Source: Bigelowiella natans CCMP2755
Taxonomy: Eukaryota; Protista; Cercozoa
NCBI GenBank assembly: GCA_000320545.1
Contig: ADNK01001154.1
Coordinates: forward strand, 43,504-107,503
DNA length: 64,000 nt
Reading direction: 5' to 3'
Below the pieces are notes generated by a model. That model was not told the DNA's origin, did not search any database, and was given only the letters and a program-made list of their open reading frames with translations. Below, piece after piece: positions 13,043 through 27,440 of the stretch; position 1 is the stretch's first letter, and each line of letters begins with the position of its first letter. The position numbers and the translations under genes are program-made.

Positions 13043-13074
<32 letters not shown>

Positions 13075-13237
13075 TGGTCGCAGTATAAAATGGCGAAAAA
13101 GTATCATCTTTGTAGCATGAAGAGAAAGAGAATATCTCCGTTTTTTAGTGTCCTCATCGTGCAATTACATCGGTGGTATTGAATTTGATCAGAGGACTAG
13201 TAACGGGAATTATTTTGCAATATCCCTCCTGAATATA

Positions 13238-13303
<66 letters not shown>

Positions 13304-14462
13304 ATTGACGACCACGATGGAGAAAAACAAGTCAATGGCGGATATCGAAGAACAACTCGTCAAGAAATCATCGTCCATTCAATACGACTAACTATGGCTG
13401 CTACCCGTCATGCCTCCTCGACTTTATCACCATCATCATCATCATCATCATCATCTATATCATCAATATGATATTCACCACCGGTCTAATCATTCCATGA
13501 ACAGAGCAAATCACGTATCCATCGTCCACGCGCACTCCAGTGCCTAGTCGGTCATAAATACACAACAAAAGAATGCTTGCGCATACGTTATCCGCCCAAG
13601 TCAGCATCACTTCTGCTGTGGTGTGTGTGCCTGATCTTTCACGAGAAGCAAAGCATTTAAAAGGTATGGATGCTGGTGATGCTGTGTTGTTGCGGCTCTA
13701 CACTTTTCTTCCACTCTACCTGGCCACCGCACATCAAGATATTGCCCTTGAAACCTAGTAAAATTGCACCTTCACATCTAGAATGACGCCGTGGAGTTGC
13801 GACTTGCTTCAGGAAGATCCTCCAATATAACGTTGTTGTTATCGTTGTTGTTGTTGTTGTTGTTACTACCAATGCTCCTTGGCCGTAAGCACTTTGGCAG
13901 CGGTCTCTTCGTCTTTCATGTATACGAATCCGAACCCTCTGAGGGGGGTGGTGGGGTAGGAAATGGTTTTGTTGTTATTGAGGGAATATTCTCAAAAAAA
14001 ATGATGACTGATTACGGCTGCGCATCTACTAATTGCTAAAAAGGAGGAGCATGCCCTCCCCCCCCCCCCCCCATTGCATAATGATTTCAAAAAGAAAGCG
14101 CGCGCTTTAAGGTTTTTGATATACGGGTACCACCCGACACTAGTGAGGTAGTAACAAGAATGACAACAACAATAATAGCAATAACAATACTCATTGGAAT
14201 CATTGAGCGACTGAACTATCTGTTTAGCTACTATTGTGTTGTTCCTACTACCGGCATTTTCCCGTGTCGTGGTACCTCGCAATAGAGCAACCCTCTACCT
14301 GTAAGAGAAGATATCACCCACCCATATAATAATAATCAAAATAACACCACGGATAAAATGCCACAAACCGCAGCAATTCTTATGGCATTTGCTAGAAAAT
14401 CAAGGGTAGCGTTGTAGCTTTTCCTTTTCTTGTTCTCATCCCTTTTCGGCCTTCTCCTATCG

Positions 14463-14501
<39 letters not shown>

Positions 14502-15474
14502 TATACTTCAACCAACTACGTGCTCGATGATGCTGTTTGTTGACGAGGTTGTTGTTGTTGTTGTTGTTGTTACCGGTCCCCACTGCTCGAAGAACCGCCT
14601 CAAATCGGTATTGGAGCAGCCTGCAGAACCCAACTTTCCTACATAAAGCCTACCCGTATCGAAGGACAAATCATCAACTTACCAAGCTTCCAAATACAGC
14701 TCTACACACAAGATCGTTATGTTTTATCATCACCACCATCATATCGCTCTTTTCTTCCACAACTCACACGACGACTACTACTACTATTAACAACTACTAC
14801 TGCCCCCACCACTGCTACCATTACTGCTTTACCGATTTTTCCTCCCATGAAACGTTTGGCGTTGGCGTTCACTTCTGCCTGGAAATGATGATTCGTAGAG
14901 AATAATTACTGATATGATGATGACCAAAGTACTGAATCCCCGTTACAACTTCCAAACACCTCCGTAATTGAAATATCACTCCAGCCTTTTCTACAAAGGA
15001 TTTCGAAAACAAATGTGTCTTGCTTCTTCCAGACGATGAATGACATCGCAATTTACTACTACTGATGCTGGGTGTCGATTTGTCACCTTTTCCCAGATAT
15101 TGGTGGTAATCGTCAACATTACGAATGCGTTTGTTGCTGGAATAGATGGCCGCTGCTGCAGCAGAGACGGCTTTCTTCGATTTGTCCTCTTTATGCTTCC
15201 AAGCCTCCTGGCGTTCAAACTCCCTATCAATATATGCTTTGCTGTTAAGTGTGTCTGTTACGGCCACGACCAAGATTTTTCATGGCTCTTGTATATATCT
15301 TTCTGTTGATTTCTTCTTACGTGAGAATCTGCCGTGCTTCGTCGGAAATCAATCCAGACTCTCTCTGCTTTCGTAACACCTGAATGGCGAAAATATAAGA
15401 TAATGAAATGGTTCTGAAAGCTTTGTTCTCCCCGTCGTACACACACACACACACACACACACGCGCGCGCGCGC

Positions 15475-15519
<45 letters not shown>

Positions 15520-16794
15520 ATAAACTTCTCAATAAACATTTATATTATTTTAGATGAAAAGACGACCTACCTCTATTAGGGCTTGCTTTCTGTTCTGTAT
15601 ATCAGCCTTTCGAACCTCTTCGTCCATAGTAAATCGAGGGTAGTTTTTCTTCCTCTCCAGCACGTACTCTTCGACAGCCTTGCGCTCCTCAGAATCCGCT
15701 GAGAGGAGATGATATATATTTTCGTTAACTTCAAATCAGATCCGAACGAATGAACGGTGGTCGATTAGTAGCAGCGTGTTGATCAGGTTTTCAAACAACA
15801 CCATAGCAAAACCCCAACGCTTTTGTTATATAATGTGTCACTTAGCAACCCACTGTATGCGCGTGTCTAGTGTGTGGTGTGGTGTGGCGTGGCGTGTTTG
15901 TTGTGGCCCTTCCCTGCGACACATTGCTATGGGTATTCTACCTGGCCAATGAAATATGTAATCCTTCGAGGGCGATTCCCCGCCATTGTTCGATGGCCAC
16001 AGTATCGATGGTTCGACAGCTTCCCTCGAGGAACTTAGTGCTTTCGCTGCTGTATCTTCACCGCCGTTGTTATTCATATTGGCGCTGTAGTAACTGCCGT
16101 GATACGAGCTCGGGTGTTGATAAGGATGGCTAGACTCGTGCAGTCTCGCTTCCGAATAAAATGGCAACTGCCGCCTTGCGCTGTCCCCACTCTTGAAACC
16201 AAGGTGTGGGGAAGAATGATGTCGGATGCTGCTCGGCACCGGAGGCGACTGCTGCCTGTGCATTGGGTAGTGTGGTGGCCAAGTAGCACGCGGATAATAA
16301 TCCGGTGCTGGGTAATGGTAGCCGGTCTGCTGCATACTGTTGCTCATTAAGTAAGGACTGCTTCCAGTTCTAGGATGAAACGAGCTGCTGGGAGGAGCAC
16401 GAGGAGGAGGAGTAGGAGGAGGGAAAGAAGAAGAGGGAAAAGACGAGCTTGGCGGATAATAGTAATTCCGACTCGACGAGACATGGGTTGGATTCCTGTG
16501 GAACCAGCCTTCTGCCGGGGGACGATAATCGACATCCTCGCTACCATATTGGCCACTTCGATCTGCTTCAGTGACGTCGTATTTGCCAGCAGACACATTT
16601 TGTCCGGATGTGTATCGTCTAGGAATTGTGAGGAGTGCGGTTGACGATATAATGGCAAGAGTCCGGATAGAAACCAAAGAACGGAAGGCACGTGCTACTG
16701 AACTCCCCACCCCTCCCCTCCCACCCTTCTCCTCCTCATCCTCCCCATCCTCTTCCTCCCCCTCCTCCTCCTCCTCCTCCGCATATTTTCTCAT
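11257..16794 (-). CDS. Multi-exon RNA-binding protein: Pro/Tyr/Ser low-complexity N-terminus, RRM and a C-x3-H...C-x5-C putative zinc finger
   Basis: RLYVGKL..DLRRFFEQWGP (RNP2 and helix, about 14575-14655), RGFGFVYMKDEETAAKVL (RNP1, about 13885-13940), LHGVILDVK, YVICSVHGMIRP (about 13480-13520) and FRCIEGKEC (about 12876-12903). Ends and some exons uncertain. Confidence 0.65.
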
Positions 16795-17001
16795 CCTAGA
16801 CGCAGCTTCTTCTATTCCGAGGTCTGACTTCTCTTCATTTTACACCACCAATAGTCCAGAATACAGGGCATTTTCAGATGAAATTAGGGTTTGACGTCGC
16901 ATTTTATTCGAAAACCCCATGTTCGCTCCTCGAAGAACATCTTCCAGAAAAAGGATGATGGCGACCCCCGGACGGAGCACCATCCCGAATTAGCAAGGAC
17001 A

Positions 17002-18673
17002 ATGGCGAGTAGCTTGGCCCTAATAAAAGCCTCCCATTTCACGCTCGGGGTCATGGCGTGTGCTTGGGGCCGTTTTCAGTCGATATTTCTCCACAGCATG
17101 GGTAGGTAGGAGTAGTGAGTGGTAGGATGTCATACTACTGTTCTTCTTCTTCTTCATCTAAGAAGAAGAAGAAGAAGAAGAAGAGGAAGAAAGAGATGAA
17201 AGTCAATATCGTTTCTATGCGATGATAACTTTTTAATTGGCAAGAATCTTCGCAATGTCCACACGTAACCGTTGGTTGTCCGAATGTTGAACAGGCTTAG
17301 CCCCTAGCACCATCGGAATGCTTACCAGTGTTGGGTTCATCCTCAAGTCAATTGGGTATGTGTCCTGGGGCGTGGCAATGGACTGGTTTGATGGATCTAG
17401 GTATGTTCTTATGGCCTCAATCATCGCCTCATCAGTGGCACTTGAATTGTACCGAAGAGCTGTTGGCTCTGGGGTTCTGTTGCTCATGCTTATTACGAAG
17501 GGAATTCGATCTCTGGCAAATGCTCAATACTGCCTACTTGACGCATTGACGATGCGAGCTGTCCAAAGTAGCGATGTAGATGAAGACTACGGTCGACAGC
17601 GCTTCTGGGGATCATTAGGTTATGGCCTCTCCTCTTGGGCTGTTGGCCTTGTGATAGACCATTCTGATTATGGGACTGACTTCATCTTTATCCACACCTA
17701 CTCTACGTCATTTTTCTTTGCGGCACTCTTGGCCTTTTCTCCATTTTCGCTGTCACGCGCGAAAAGTGCCCGTGGTGTTAGCCGCAAGAGTGGGCTCGAG
17801 CATGTGAAAGTTGAGGGTGGTACGTCATCTAAATCTGAAGATGGGTCACCGATTCTAGGAGCAAACGTCAAAAGTTCTAGTGAAGAGGGGGTGGCGGAGT
17901 CATCTGTGAATTCGCGAGAAGAATCCCAGGCACTGGCACTCAGGCAGAACAAATTTGAGGAAGTTTCTCGAAGAGAAAAAAAAAAACCCGACAGACAGCG
18001 AGTCAAGCTCATCCTCGGCAACTTGAAGCTGTTCCTTGCATCAAGAGCGCTATGTGTCTTCTTGGCGAATCTGTTGGCAATGTATGTCCTGCTCTGCGTC
18101 TTCGAGAGCGTTGTGTGGATCCATTTGGAGAGATTGCACTGCCCAAGGAGCATCGTGGGGTTAGCAACAACATGCCAGACGATTGTGGAATATCCTCTCT
18201 TCTATTACTCGAAGCAAATTTTGAAAAGGTACACACACAGGCAGTTGTTTCTCATTGCCCATGCGTCACTTCTCGCCCGCCTGGTTCTCCTCGTGGCTCT
18301 TGGCTACACTGGGTTCATGCTCTTAATCCTGCCGATTCAGTTGTTGCATGGGCTGAGTTTTGGAGTCAACTGGTTGGCATCCTGCGAGTATGTCCAACAC
18401 ATAGCCCCCCCCCACATCACTGCTTCTGCTCAAAGTGCCATCTCGACAACATCGGTCATCGCAAGTGCCCTCGGTACCTACCTATGGGGGGTCATATATG
18501 AAAGATACAATTCAGTCAGCTTTTTTGTGGCGACAGGAGTCGAGCTGATGGTTTTCATAACTATCTTATTTCTTGTTCCAAGCCTTGGACTAGCATCCAC
18601 CACCTCTGCCTCAGCAGCCAGTGAAAGTTCGGGAGTAGAAATGGTTCGAGTTAAAAGAAGTGGGAAACAGTAG
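17002..18673 (+). CDS. Major facilitator superfamily transporter (MFSD6 / MFS_1_like type)
   Basis: Exon 1 MASSLALIKASHF..FLHSMG (17002-17101), intron to about 17294, then a long exon with YGRQRFWGSLGYG, VEYPLFYY, QLLHGLSFG and many TM helices split by a hydrophilic central loop. Confidence 0.85.
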
Positions 18674-19179
18674 GCATCAGCCTCCTATCGAAGGGAGCAA
18701 GTAATGATGAAAATGATTAAAATATGCTATCTCTGGGCATCAAATGAAAGCAAGAAATCACGCCTGACTCAAGCCTTGCTGATAGAAATAGAGAATTCGA
18801 TGTATTGCTATTCCTTTGTTCGTCTAGTAGTCTGCATGCATAGGCAGTCGTGAGTTTGCATGATACTAAAAGTAATAGACATGGAATCCATTATATATGC
18901 ATAGCAGATTATTTGTATACTTGTAACATGATGTTGTGCGAGCACATGCCGGCTACACACATGCGGTTACCAAAACAAATTGACCATGCACAGCTGAGGA
19001 AGAGGACCTCTAGATCTCCATGCGGGGTGCTAGGGTGTCCCAGCAGCCAATGCAACGCGCAATAGTTGCTAATAAATTGCGTTGCTGTGAACCGGACAAA
19101 AACGAAGCTTGCACTTGCAATGCAAGCGGAGAAAAATTCTATGTCTACAGACGACAATGACGGAAACATGTGCATGCAA

Positions 19180-19290
19180 ATAAAGGAAACAAACAGACAC
19201 AACATAAGCGCTGTAGCCGCTGCATTGCACAGCTACATGAGGATGACCATTGAACAAAATTAAATTGATTGATTACATCCGTCGATCTTA
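19180..19290 (+). repeat. Copy of a dispersed intergenic repeat (partner at about 36450-36550)
   Basis: Shares CAACAT..GCCGCTGyATTGCAyA..CTACAT.AGGATGACCATT...ATTACATCCrTC with 36450-36550. Confidence 0.7.
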
Positions 19291-19466
19291 CAGCAGATGT
19301 CGCGACGTGGCCAGACATCTAGACATCTACGACTGATGATGACGCCGCAGCATGGCAAGCATTTAATTGCCTAGATTGCATGCACATATGGTATGCCGTT
19401 AAGGGTTACGCGCACATAAAATTCAAACCGCTACAGCATCTCCAAAGACATTGGCTATCGGTGGCG

Positions 19467-19517
<51 letters not shown>

Positions 19518-19651
19518 GTGTGTGTGTGTGTGTGTGTATGTGTGTGTTTGTGTTTGTGTGGACGTCATTTGCGATCGGCATCGCAGGGGCCATAGTTGGT
19601 ATTACATCAGAAAATAGAAACTTTTTTTATTTCACAGGACCAAGAGTAGGA

Positions 19652-22600
19652 TCAACGTTGTGCTTTCAGGGCATTATTTGCCTCTACAATCTCCTTCGCA
19701 ATTCCTTTTGTCTGCTTAATACGCCCAACCAGGGTTGTGAAATCAGCGGCTTGCTCCTCCATGCCCGGGATCTCTACCATGGTAAACACGGTCATCAATG
19801 CTTTCTTTGTACATTCGCTAGCGCTCTCAGTCTCCCTTGAGGATACCTAAAAAAACATCGAATCGTCAGAGCAGATAGATCTCAGAGTTCATGAGGCTGA
19901 AGTTGATCGCACCTGTTTGAGGGTTATCATCTTTTTCTTGATAAAGGTCAGCAGAATCTTGTGCATCGCCTGAACCGACTTCCCTTTGCTATCGGTGATT
20001 GGCTTCCTGGCCTTTCCAGACCCAAGATTTCTCAAGGAAGACCTCAAGCTGGGATTCTGCGTGATTTGGAAATACATGTCCCAAGTTCGCGTGACAATGT
20101 CTTCTTCTGGATCAAGGAGACCCTGCATCGTCCACTGATAAAACTCATCCATATTCAAACGGTAGGGACAAACACGGATAATGGTAGCAAGAGTGTCGAA
20201 GGCCGCACGGCGAAGGGGCAAATGGTTATCTATTCGGATCTTCAGGGCGCCTGCATCCATAATTCTAATGAAATTCTGGTTTGGCTCGAGCTCCTGATAG
20301 AGAGTTTGGACAACTACAGTCTCCATCAGCTTGGAATTCTCGGCTTTGTTGACGAGGTCCGTGGACTTCAACACTGCCTCAAAAGTGAGCACGGCCTGCC
20401 TGCGAACCTCAAGGTCGCTGTCTTCAAACATGCGTAGGAACTGCCCAAAACGAGTTCCGACAACCTCCTGCACCTCGTCGCTCAGAGAGTACCGCAGTGC
20501 CCCGACTGCCACTGCGCGGGTAAATGGAGTTTTAGAGGATAAGCTGTCATGAAGAAACTTGATCGTTTTCTCTGGCTCAATCTTCGCAAGCCCCCCTAGA
20601 CACTCCGCAACTTCCGCACGAACCGCCTCTTCCTTAGAATCCGTGTGCTTTACAAGAGCAGCGAATATCTGGGGCGTAAACTGTGCAATTTCATCGCTTC
20701 TTCCAAAATAGCAAGAAACCACCTCCCTGACGGATCTTAGTAGTAAGTAATTGTATTCCCGGTACTTATCGAGGAGTTGGAGAAGGCCAACCAGGTAGCT
20801 TGAGAGGCTGCCCGCTGTGATGCTGCCCAGTGCGTAGGACGCCGAAGCTCTAATACTCTGGTTTTCCTGATCGAACGAGCTGAATACGATCTGATCCAAG
20901 CCCTTGTGCGAACTGAGGTTCACCCTTCGTCCGATGTCGCCGATGGACAAAAGAGCGAGTTGTTTAATCTGCATCCCGCCAGACTTCAGCTCGCCGAGGC
21001 TGGCCTCGATATAGGCATTCCGTTTCTTCTCAGAAGCGCTCCCGGCCATAGCACCTATGCATTTGGCGACTACGGATAACGTATGGGCGGATGTGTCCTT
21101 GCTTACGATATCCTTCAGTTTTGCAAGCAATTCGTCGAAGGTAGAGACGGTCAGTGAGACAACCCTGAAACACTCGACGATTGAAGTAAGAGCCTTGCTG
21201 TCAACAAGAGGACTCTGGGTGAAAAGCAGCATTCGTTCCATAACCTTGTTCATCTCCTTACTTTCCTTCAATACGTCTTGGGCTGGGCTCTTCACGATGG
21301 CGCCGATCAGTTTAAGGACCAAGCTGCAAAGGTACGTATCTGAATCGGTCGCGTGTTGGCCAGCCTCGGTGAGGAGGGAAGGAGCAAAGGCCTTGATCGC
21401 CTTGCCATTTTTCTGGACGACAGCTTCGAGCGTGCGTGCCGACTCGTATTTGACTTGGTTGGAAGTCTGAGTTCGCATGAATTTGCACAGTGTTTGTATG
21501 ATCTCCTCCAGCTTCGACGTCAGGTCCAACGCACCGCTCTCAGCGATTGACGAAAGAGACTGAAGTGCTGTGAGCTGTGTAGAAGAATTGTTTAGCCGAT
21601 CCATAAGGACTGGTAAGATATCTGCATGGTAATCACCGAGGGCGCTGCTCACTTGCCTAACTATTTGAGCAACAGCAGTTAGTGCGGCACGTTTGACTTC
21701 GACATCAACATCGCGAATCTTCATCGTTTCGAAAGCAGATTCAAAGAGCTTTGCCGCGTTTTTCTCATCAGCCTTTTCAACACATCGGCACAGTACCCCC
21801 GCCGAGCGAAGAGCGTTTAGTTTGACTCGATTATTTGCGGTCTTTGCCGTAGCCTTTGCGACCCCGTCCACCAGCCCAGAAATATTTTCCTTGAAGTCTT
21901 TCAATGGTTCACTTGACAACCTTGCAGCAATTTCTAGATACTCAAAAGCCTTTGATTGAACGTCAAGATCCTCAGAAGCTATGCCGTCAAGAGATGGGGC
22001 AAGCGAATTTGCGATAGAGAATGTATTTGGCTGCACTTGAAGGGTTATGCATAGTTGTTTCATAAGGCTAAACAATGCACACTTGATTTGATTCCCGGCT
22101 CTATCGAATTGCTTGAGCACTTCGACAGAAAGTTCGGATGGCATCGGTAATTTCCATGATTTTTGACGCACCATAAGTGGAGGTTCATCCGGAGCAGCTG
22201 AAGTATACCTCGTGCCCCCATTCGTACTATCGGCCATGGAAGCGGACTCCATAACCAATTTCTCGAGCGTGCTCAGAACAACAATTCGCACGTTGTCATC
22301 ACGTTCTTTCAGGCGTTCAGTGAGGATAGCTGATAATACATCGCAGTATTTCTCTCCATTTTTAGATTTTGGATATTGAATCTTCAACATTTTTGTCTTG
22401 TTTGTGAGGAATGCTGCAACGCCCTTGGTAGCCTGCTGACGAATTCTCCAACTCTGATCACTTTCATCAATTAGGCCAACACCTCCCCCGCCGCCCCAGG
22501 CGCCATCTGCATCATTTCCACCCCCATCATTATCATCATCATCTCCCCATCCTTCCCCATCTTCGCCGTCATCCCCCCATTCTGCCGTATCCTCTGCGTC

Positions 22601-23079
22601 CATTTCATCATCGTTGTCTTCTTGGAAATTAGGGTCGTACTTCATTCCCGCAATAAAAAGCTCAATCACATTGCCGATGTGGTCGTTCATTTTATCGGGG
22701 CACCCAAGTAGAAAATATTCGAAAGCTGTGAAACAAGCTACCCAAACTGAAATTTTCAAAGCTATCTTTTGTTCATCCTCCTCCTCTTTGCTCTCGAGAG
22801 CTGTAACGCTGCAATTCCTTTCCAACAGGGGCATCAACTTACCGAGATGTCCGCCGACTCGAAATCCCACTTCTCGACTTATCATACCTTCAAAAATTAC
22901 AAATCCTATGAGCAATTCTACAAAACGAATACAAGTTCATCGTACCCACACAACGGATGAACATAACGTTGTCGGCGTTTTCTGCGATCTTGGTCATTAA
23001 GAATTCCATCATGCTGCTGAAGAGTTTATCGTCCAGATATTTCGCAAGTGCACCTATTATGTTTCAGAATTTACGAAGG

Positions 23080-23117
<38 letters not shown>

Positions 23118-23132
23118 ACACACACACAAATT

Positions 23133-23193
<61 letters not shown>

Positions 23194-23195
23194 CT

Positions 23196-23232
<37 letters not shown>

Positions 23233-24010
23233 GTACCTATTGTGTTCGCCGCTTTCATTGGTACATCATCGATGCTGTATTTCTCGAGTTTATCTTGGAG
23301 CCTCTTCAAAAGTTGGTCGTGGTGAGCAGTTACGTCTTTTCCAAATCTGATAACGATATCCGCTAGCAAATCCATGCATATTAACTGCAATTGTACGTCC
23401 CTGTTGATGAGAGCCTGAATATTGATCTTAAGTTAGCAATTGCAGTTCGTATACAATTCAGAAACGGTACCCTTGACAAAAATTGGACCATTTGACCACC
23501 AGATTCTTTCCCATTATCATCCCGTAATTCCTTGATGCAATTCTTGATAGCAGTTTGAAATTGCTCTCTTTGTAGCTTTTGCTTTTTGACATCCGTTGAG
23601 GCCTTTTCTTCAACAAGGGATTTAACCAAATTAATAACCAATTCGCGAACGTTGTCGCTGTCCACTTTTCGAACGACGCTTCCTAGCAATTTGACTGAGG
23701 GTACAACACAAAGTTCTCGTTCAAATAGCAAATATCGTATTTGTGTGACACCAACCTGCGGCTGTCTGTGCATCAGAATTATCGTCTTTTAGGATAAACA
23801 AAAGGGACTTGCGAAGCTGCCCTTGTGCTGAAGTTTCGATCGAATCCATCGCATCAACCTCACGCGTGAGCTCGCGAATTGCCATAAATCGAATATCAGG
23901 ATCATGGTGATTCCGAGCCTGAAAACAGCAAGAATTTATATGACAAAGGGTAGCGCGAACCTATGCTACGTTATAACCTTGTCTAGCAACTCGCGCATTT
24001 TCCTACTCAT
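19652..24010 (-). CDS. CAND1: Cullin-associated NEDD8-dissociated protein 1 (TIP120), HEAT repeats
   Basis: N-terminal DPDIRFMA..LKDDNSDAQTAA, YDPNF followed by an acidic loop and SWRIR, RLKERDDNVR, ALLSIGDIGR, EEAVRAEVAECLG, IDNHLPLRRAAFD. About 3-kb exon 19911-22890 and last exon to stop 19652. Confidence 0.95.
23082..23232. repeat. Compound (CA)n/(TA)n microsatellite in a CAND1 intron, representative of dozens of intronic microsatellites in the window
   Basis: Directly visible. Similar (AG)n, (AC)n, (AT)n and trinucleotide runs occur in many introns. Confidence 0.9.
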
Positions 24011-24633
24011 GATGGGCAGTTATGTTAGGAATCTGTGAGAAGAGGGTGTGTCTTTCCTGCCCGCCGGGTTGCGTGACGTTCCGCGTTCCGCAAGTGTCTT
24101 GGTTATTAGTTGGAAGGGCTCGTGGGTTTGTCGTTCGAATGACTCACTATAATTTTCAGTTACGTCTTGGAAACAGACTTGTCGTTACTACAATATCGCA
24201 TCTATTTTCAGCAGTTTCCACACTTCGAATTTACTTCCTGAACCGCATCTAAAGGTGAGGAGAAAGCTTGGCACTTTCTCCAAAGCTAGCGGGATATTTT
24301 ATAGCGGGGGATCGCCGGTTTTCCCCAATATCTTCACCTAATGCCTGAGCATTTCCATAATTATCATGGTAGCGACAGGAAGAACTTCTTGCCAATGAAG
24401 GCGTGATCGTGAGATAAAGTGTAAGACGTAAAGATTTTTGAACTAGAGAAGCCAAAGAGAGAAAAGGGTTGGTAAAACCTCTTGCGACTATCTAGTTTAC
24501 ATGTCGGTAATGCACATTTATCGTTTGATTCCCAACCGTTCAATTTCCCACAGCTTTGCGTGTTACAAGAAAGCAGCGGCAGCGAGGAGCTCAACAAGAA
24601 CTTCGAAGCAAAAAAACCAAATTATTAAGGACA

Positions 24634-26607
24634 ATGTCTGCTGACGCCTTTTATGAGGCCTACTCCAACATTCAGGCAGCCATAGCTGAGGGCAAGGTAA
24701 TACACTGAATTTTATCTCCAAAATTTGCTGATTCTCATGCGTGAATTATGCGCCATTCATTCATTACTCCTCCCTCCTGTTTTGTGTAGATTGAAAATGG
24801 GAAGGGTGAATATTTAAAGATCATTGGCTTCACAAAGAGTGCTGATATCAAGAACCTCGTCACTCCTATTATCGCGAAGTTCGCTGGGCATTTCCCAGAT
24901 TTGTTGGATAAGGTCCAACATCTCCCGAAAAAGGAGCAACCACAGATGCTCATAAAAAATGTGTGTTTACACATAGGCAATTGATGCTCTTCTGGATCTT
25001 TGTGAAGATGATTCCTCTGCTGCTATCCGAATGGATGCCATCCGTGGATTTCGTGCACTCACAGAACACGCACCGCAATGCACGGCGCGTGTTACAATGC
25101 TACTGACGCAGCTTCTGGTGTGTAGATACTTCACACACTAGCAATCTCTATCTAACCTATGTTACTATCAGGTTTTGGATGAAGAAGCTGAACTACAGGT
25201 AGTTCATCACAAAATGATATAGGCCATCACAAATAATCTTTCGCACATTATTCTAGGTTCTGAGCAAGTCGTTGGCAGCCATATTTGCAGCGGATATCAA
25301 ACAAGTACGGAAAATTTCTGCTAGGAATCAACAATCGAGTTATTATCAATACTTTGCTGAATGATATATGCACTATAGGCATCAAGCTCCCTTTTCCACC
25401 ACATCACAAACGGGAAAGCAGGCAACGATGTAAGCTTATCGATATGCGTGTTGTCTGTGGCACATACCATTAACATTGGTGTGATAATTGTTTTTAGCTA
25501 TTGAGGAGCAAAATAGTAGAATTTTTCGCGGAACAAGTGAAAAAATGCAAGAGCCAGATCAGTGCTAACATGGAGCTGCAGCAGCACCTGCTTGATTCGA
25601 TCCTGGTACTTATTTATGGGTCCAATGACTGTCATGTTAGTGAATGCAATATGTTATCTCCTAGGCAGGGGTTGGAAATGCCCCAGATTTGACCGAGAAT
25701 GATCTCGCATTACTGTTTCGAACGTTATCCTCTTTTGAAGTCTTCAAGGACAATAAGCATCCTTCGTTGCTTAACCGTGTTAAGGAGGTATGACAAACCA
25801 AGTCCCTTGAAATTTCAAAATGCAACACCTGTGATCTTCGTAGTCGTCGTGTAAGCTTGTGGGGGAGCAAACTGTTGTCATTACTTCCAGCACACTTTCA
25901 ATCAATGTCAAACATGAATCTCTTCTTTGAATACTCGCATCTATGATATGTTGTGAGTCTCTCCTCAAGAAGTGTGAGGCTTAAATTGTTTTTTCTGTAC
26001 TCTATTAGACTGTGGAGGCTGCTGCCGCTGCGAACGGAATTATGGATACTGATGAGGGGGCTTCAAAATTCAACCAGTTCTTGATGTAAATTTAATCTTA
26101 TTTTTTGTCGCAACACGTTATTGGCCATGTTCACTCTGAGGTACACATTCATGTTGTTTCAGAATGGGTTCGGTGCTGGCTCAAAAGAAGCAAGACACGT
26201 CGGAACTATTGCGAGTTTTCTTCTCAAAACTAGAAATAGCTATGGCTACTTTGGAAGACAGCACGGTAACTACAAGTAACATATATCTGGTTTTCATGTC
26301 GGCAATATTCGAATCTGGTCATTTTAGATTACAAAGCTCATGCGGACAAGCTGCAGATTCGCCAACAGCTTCGTCGAAGCAACTGCGGAAAAGATCTTGC
26401 CGGACATGTACCATATAATGTTCTTTATGCGTAGTCCGAGGTATGAATATTCTTGATACACCACCTACCTTTTCATGCAGTTACGGAATATTCGCTGCGA
26501 ATGCTTCCTTGCCCGAGGAGAAGATAAGTCTTACAACTGCGGAGATCTGCCTATATCTTATCCACCAGATCGGCAAAAAGAATCCAGATATTGTCAAAAA
26601 GACAGTA

Positions 26608-26656
<49 letters not shown>

Positions 26657-27390
26657 GTGTGTGTGTATATGTATGTGTATGAGTGTGTGTGTGTGTGTGT
26701 GTTATATATATATTCTTTGTACTTCTTTTTTGGATAATGTACTTCCGCGTCAACCGATTCCCACGTTCACTCAGCTTGGCTTGAAGCCAGATGAGCCGGG
26801 GGCTGCCGAAACTAAGCAGGTAGTAAAGCCCAACACTCAACCTCCAGCCGGCAGCGATAGCAGTACATCATCACCTTTGCACCACCACCTCCTCACAGAC
26901 TCTTCAGGGCTACGTGGAATCCCTTACCAATGCTAAATCGAAGAAGGTAAAGCACTGTTTGCATTAAGAAAGAAGTCGTGCATCATGTCTCCTCCTCCTC
27001 TCCTCCTCCTCCTCCTCCTCCTCCTCCTGCAGGCCACAGAGGCCAAAGCCGAGGTAACGGAGCTTGCAAAAAAGAAGAAGACTCTAAAAGGGGACGAGTT
27101 GAAAGAGGCATCACGAAATCTAGAAAAGGTATTATTCGGTGTATCTTCGTGTTCGTATACATCATCGTAAATGATAGCACTATATCGTTGGTGATTTTCC
27201 AGAAAATCTCTGTGTTACGGTGCTCGGAAAACCTGGATACTATGGTGAGAACACTATAGCAGATAGCGTCCTTACAACATCTTACAATTATTTGCGTCTT
27301 TAGTGTCAAAGGTTAACGCGGGCTGTGAAGATCGGAGCGGTAAGGCGATACCACAATCTGACCTGATTCCACGGAAATATTACTATGTGA

Positions 27391-27440
<50 letters not shown>

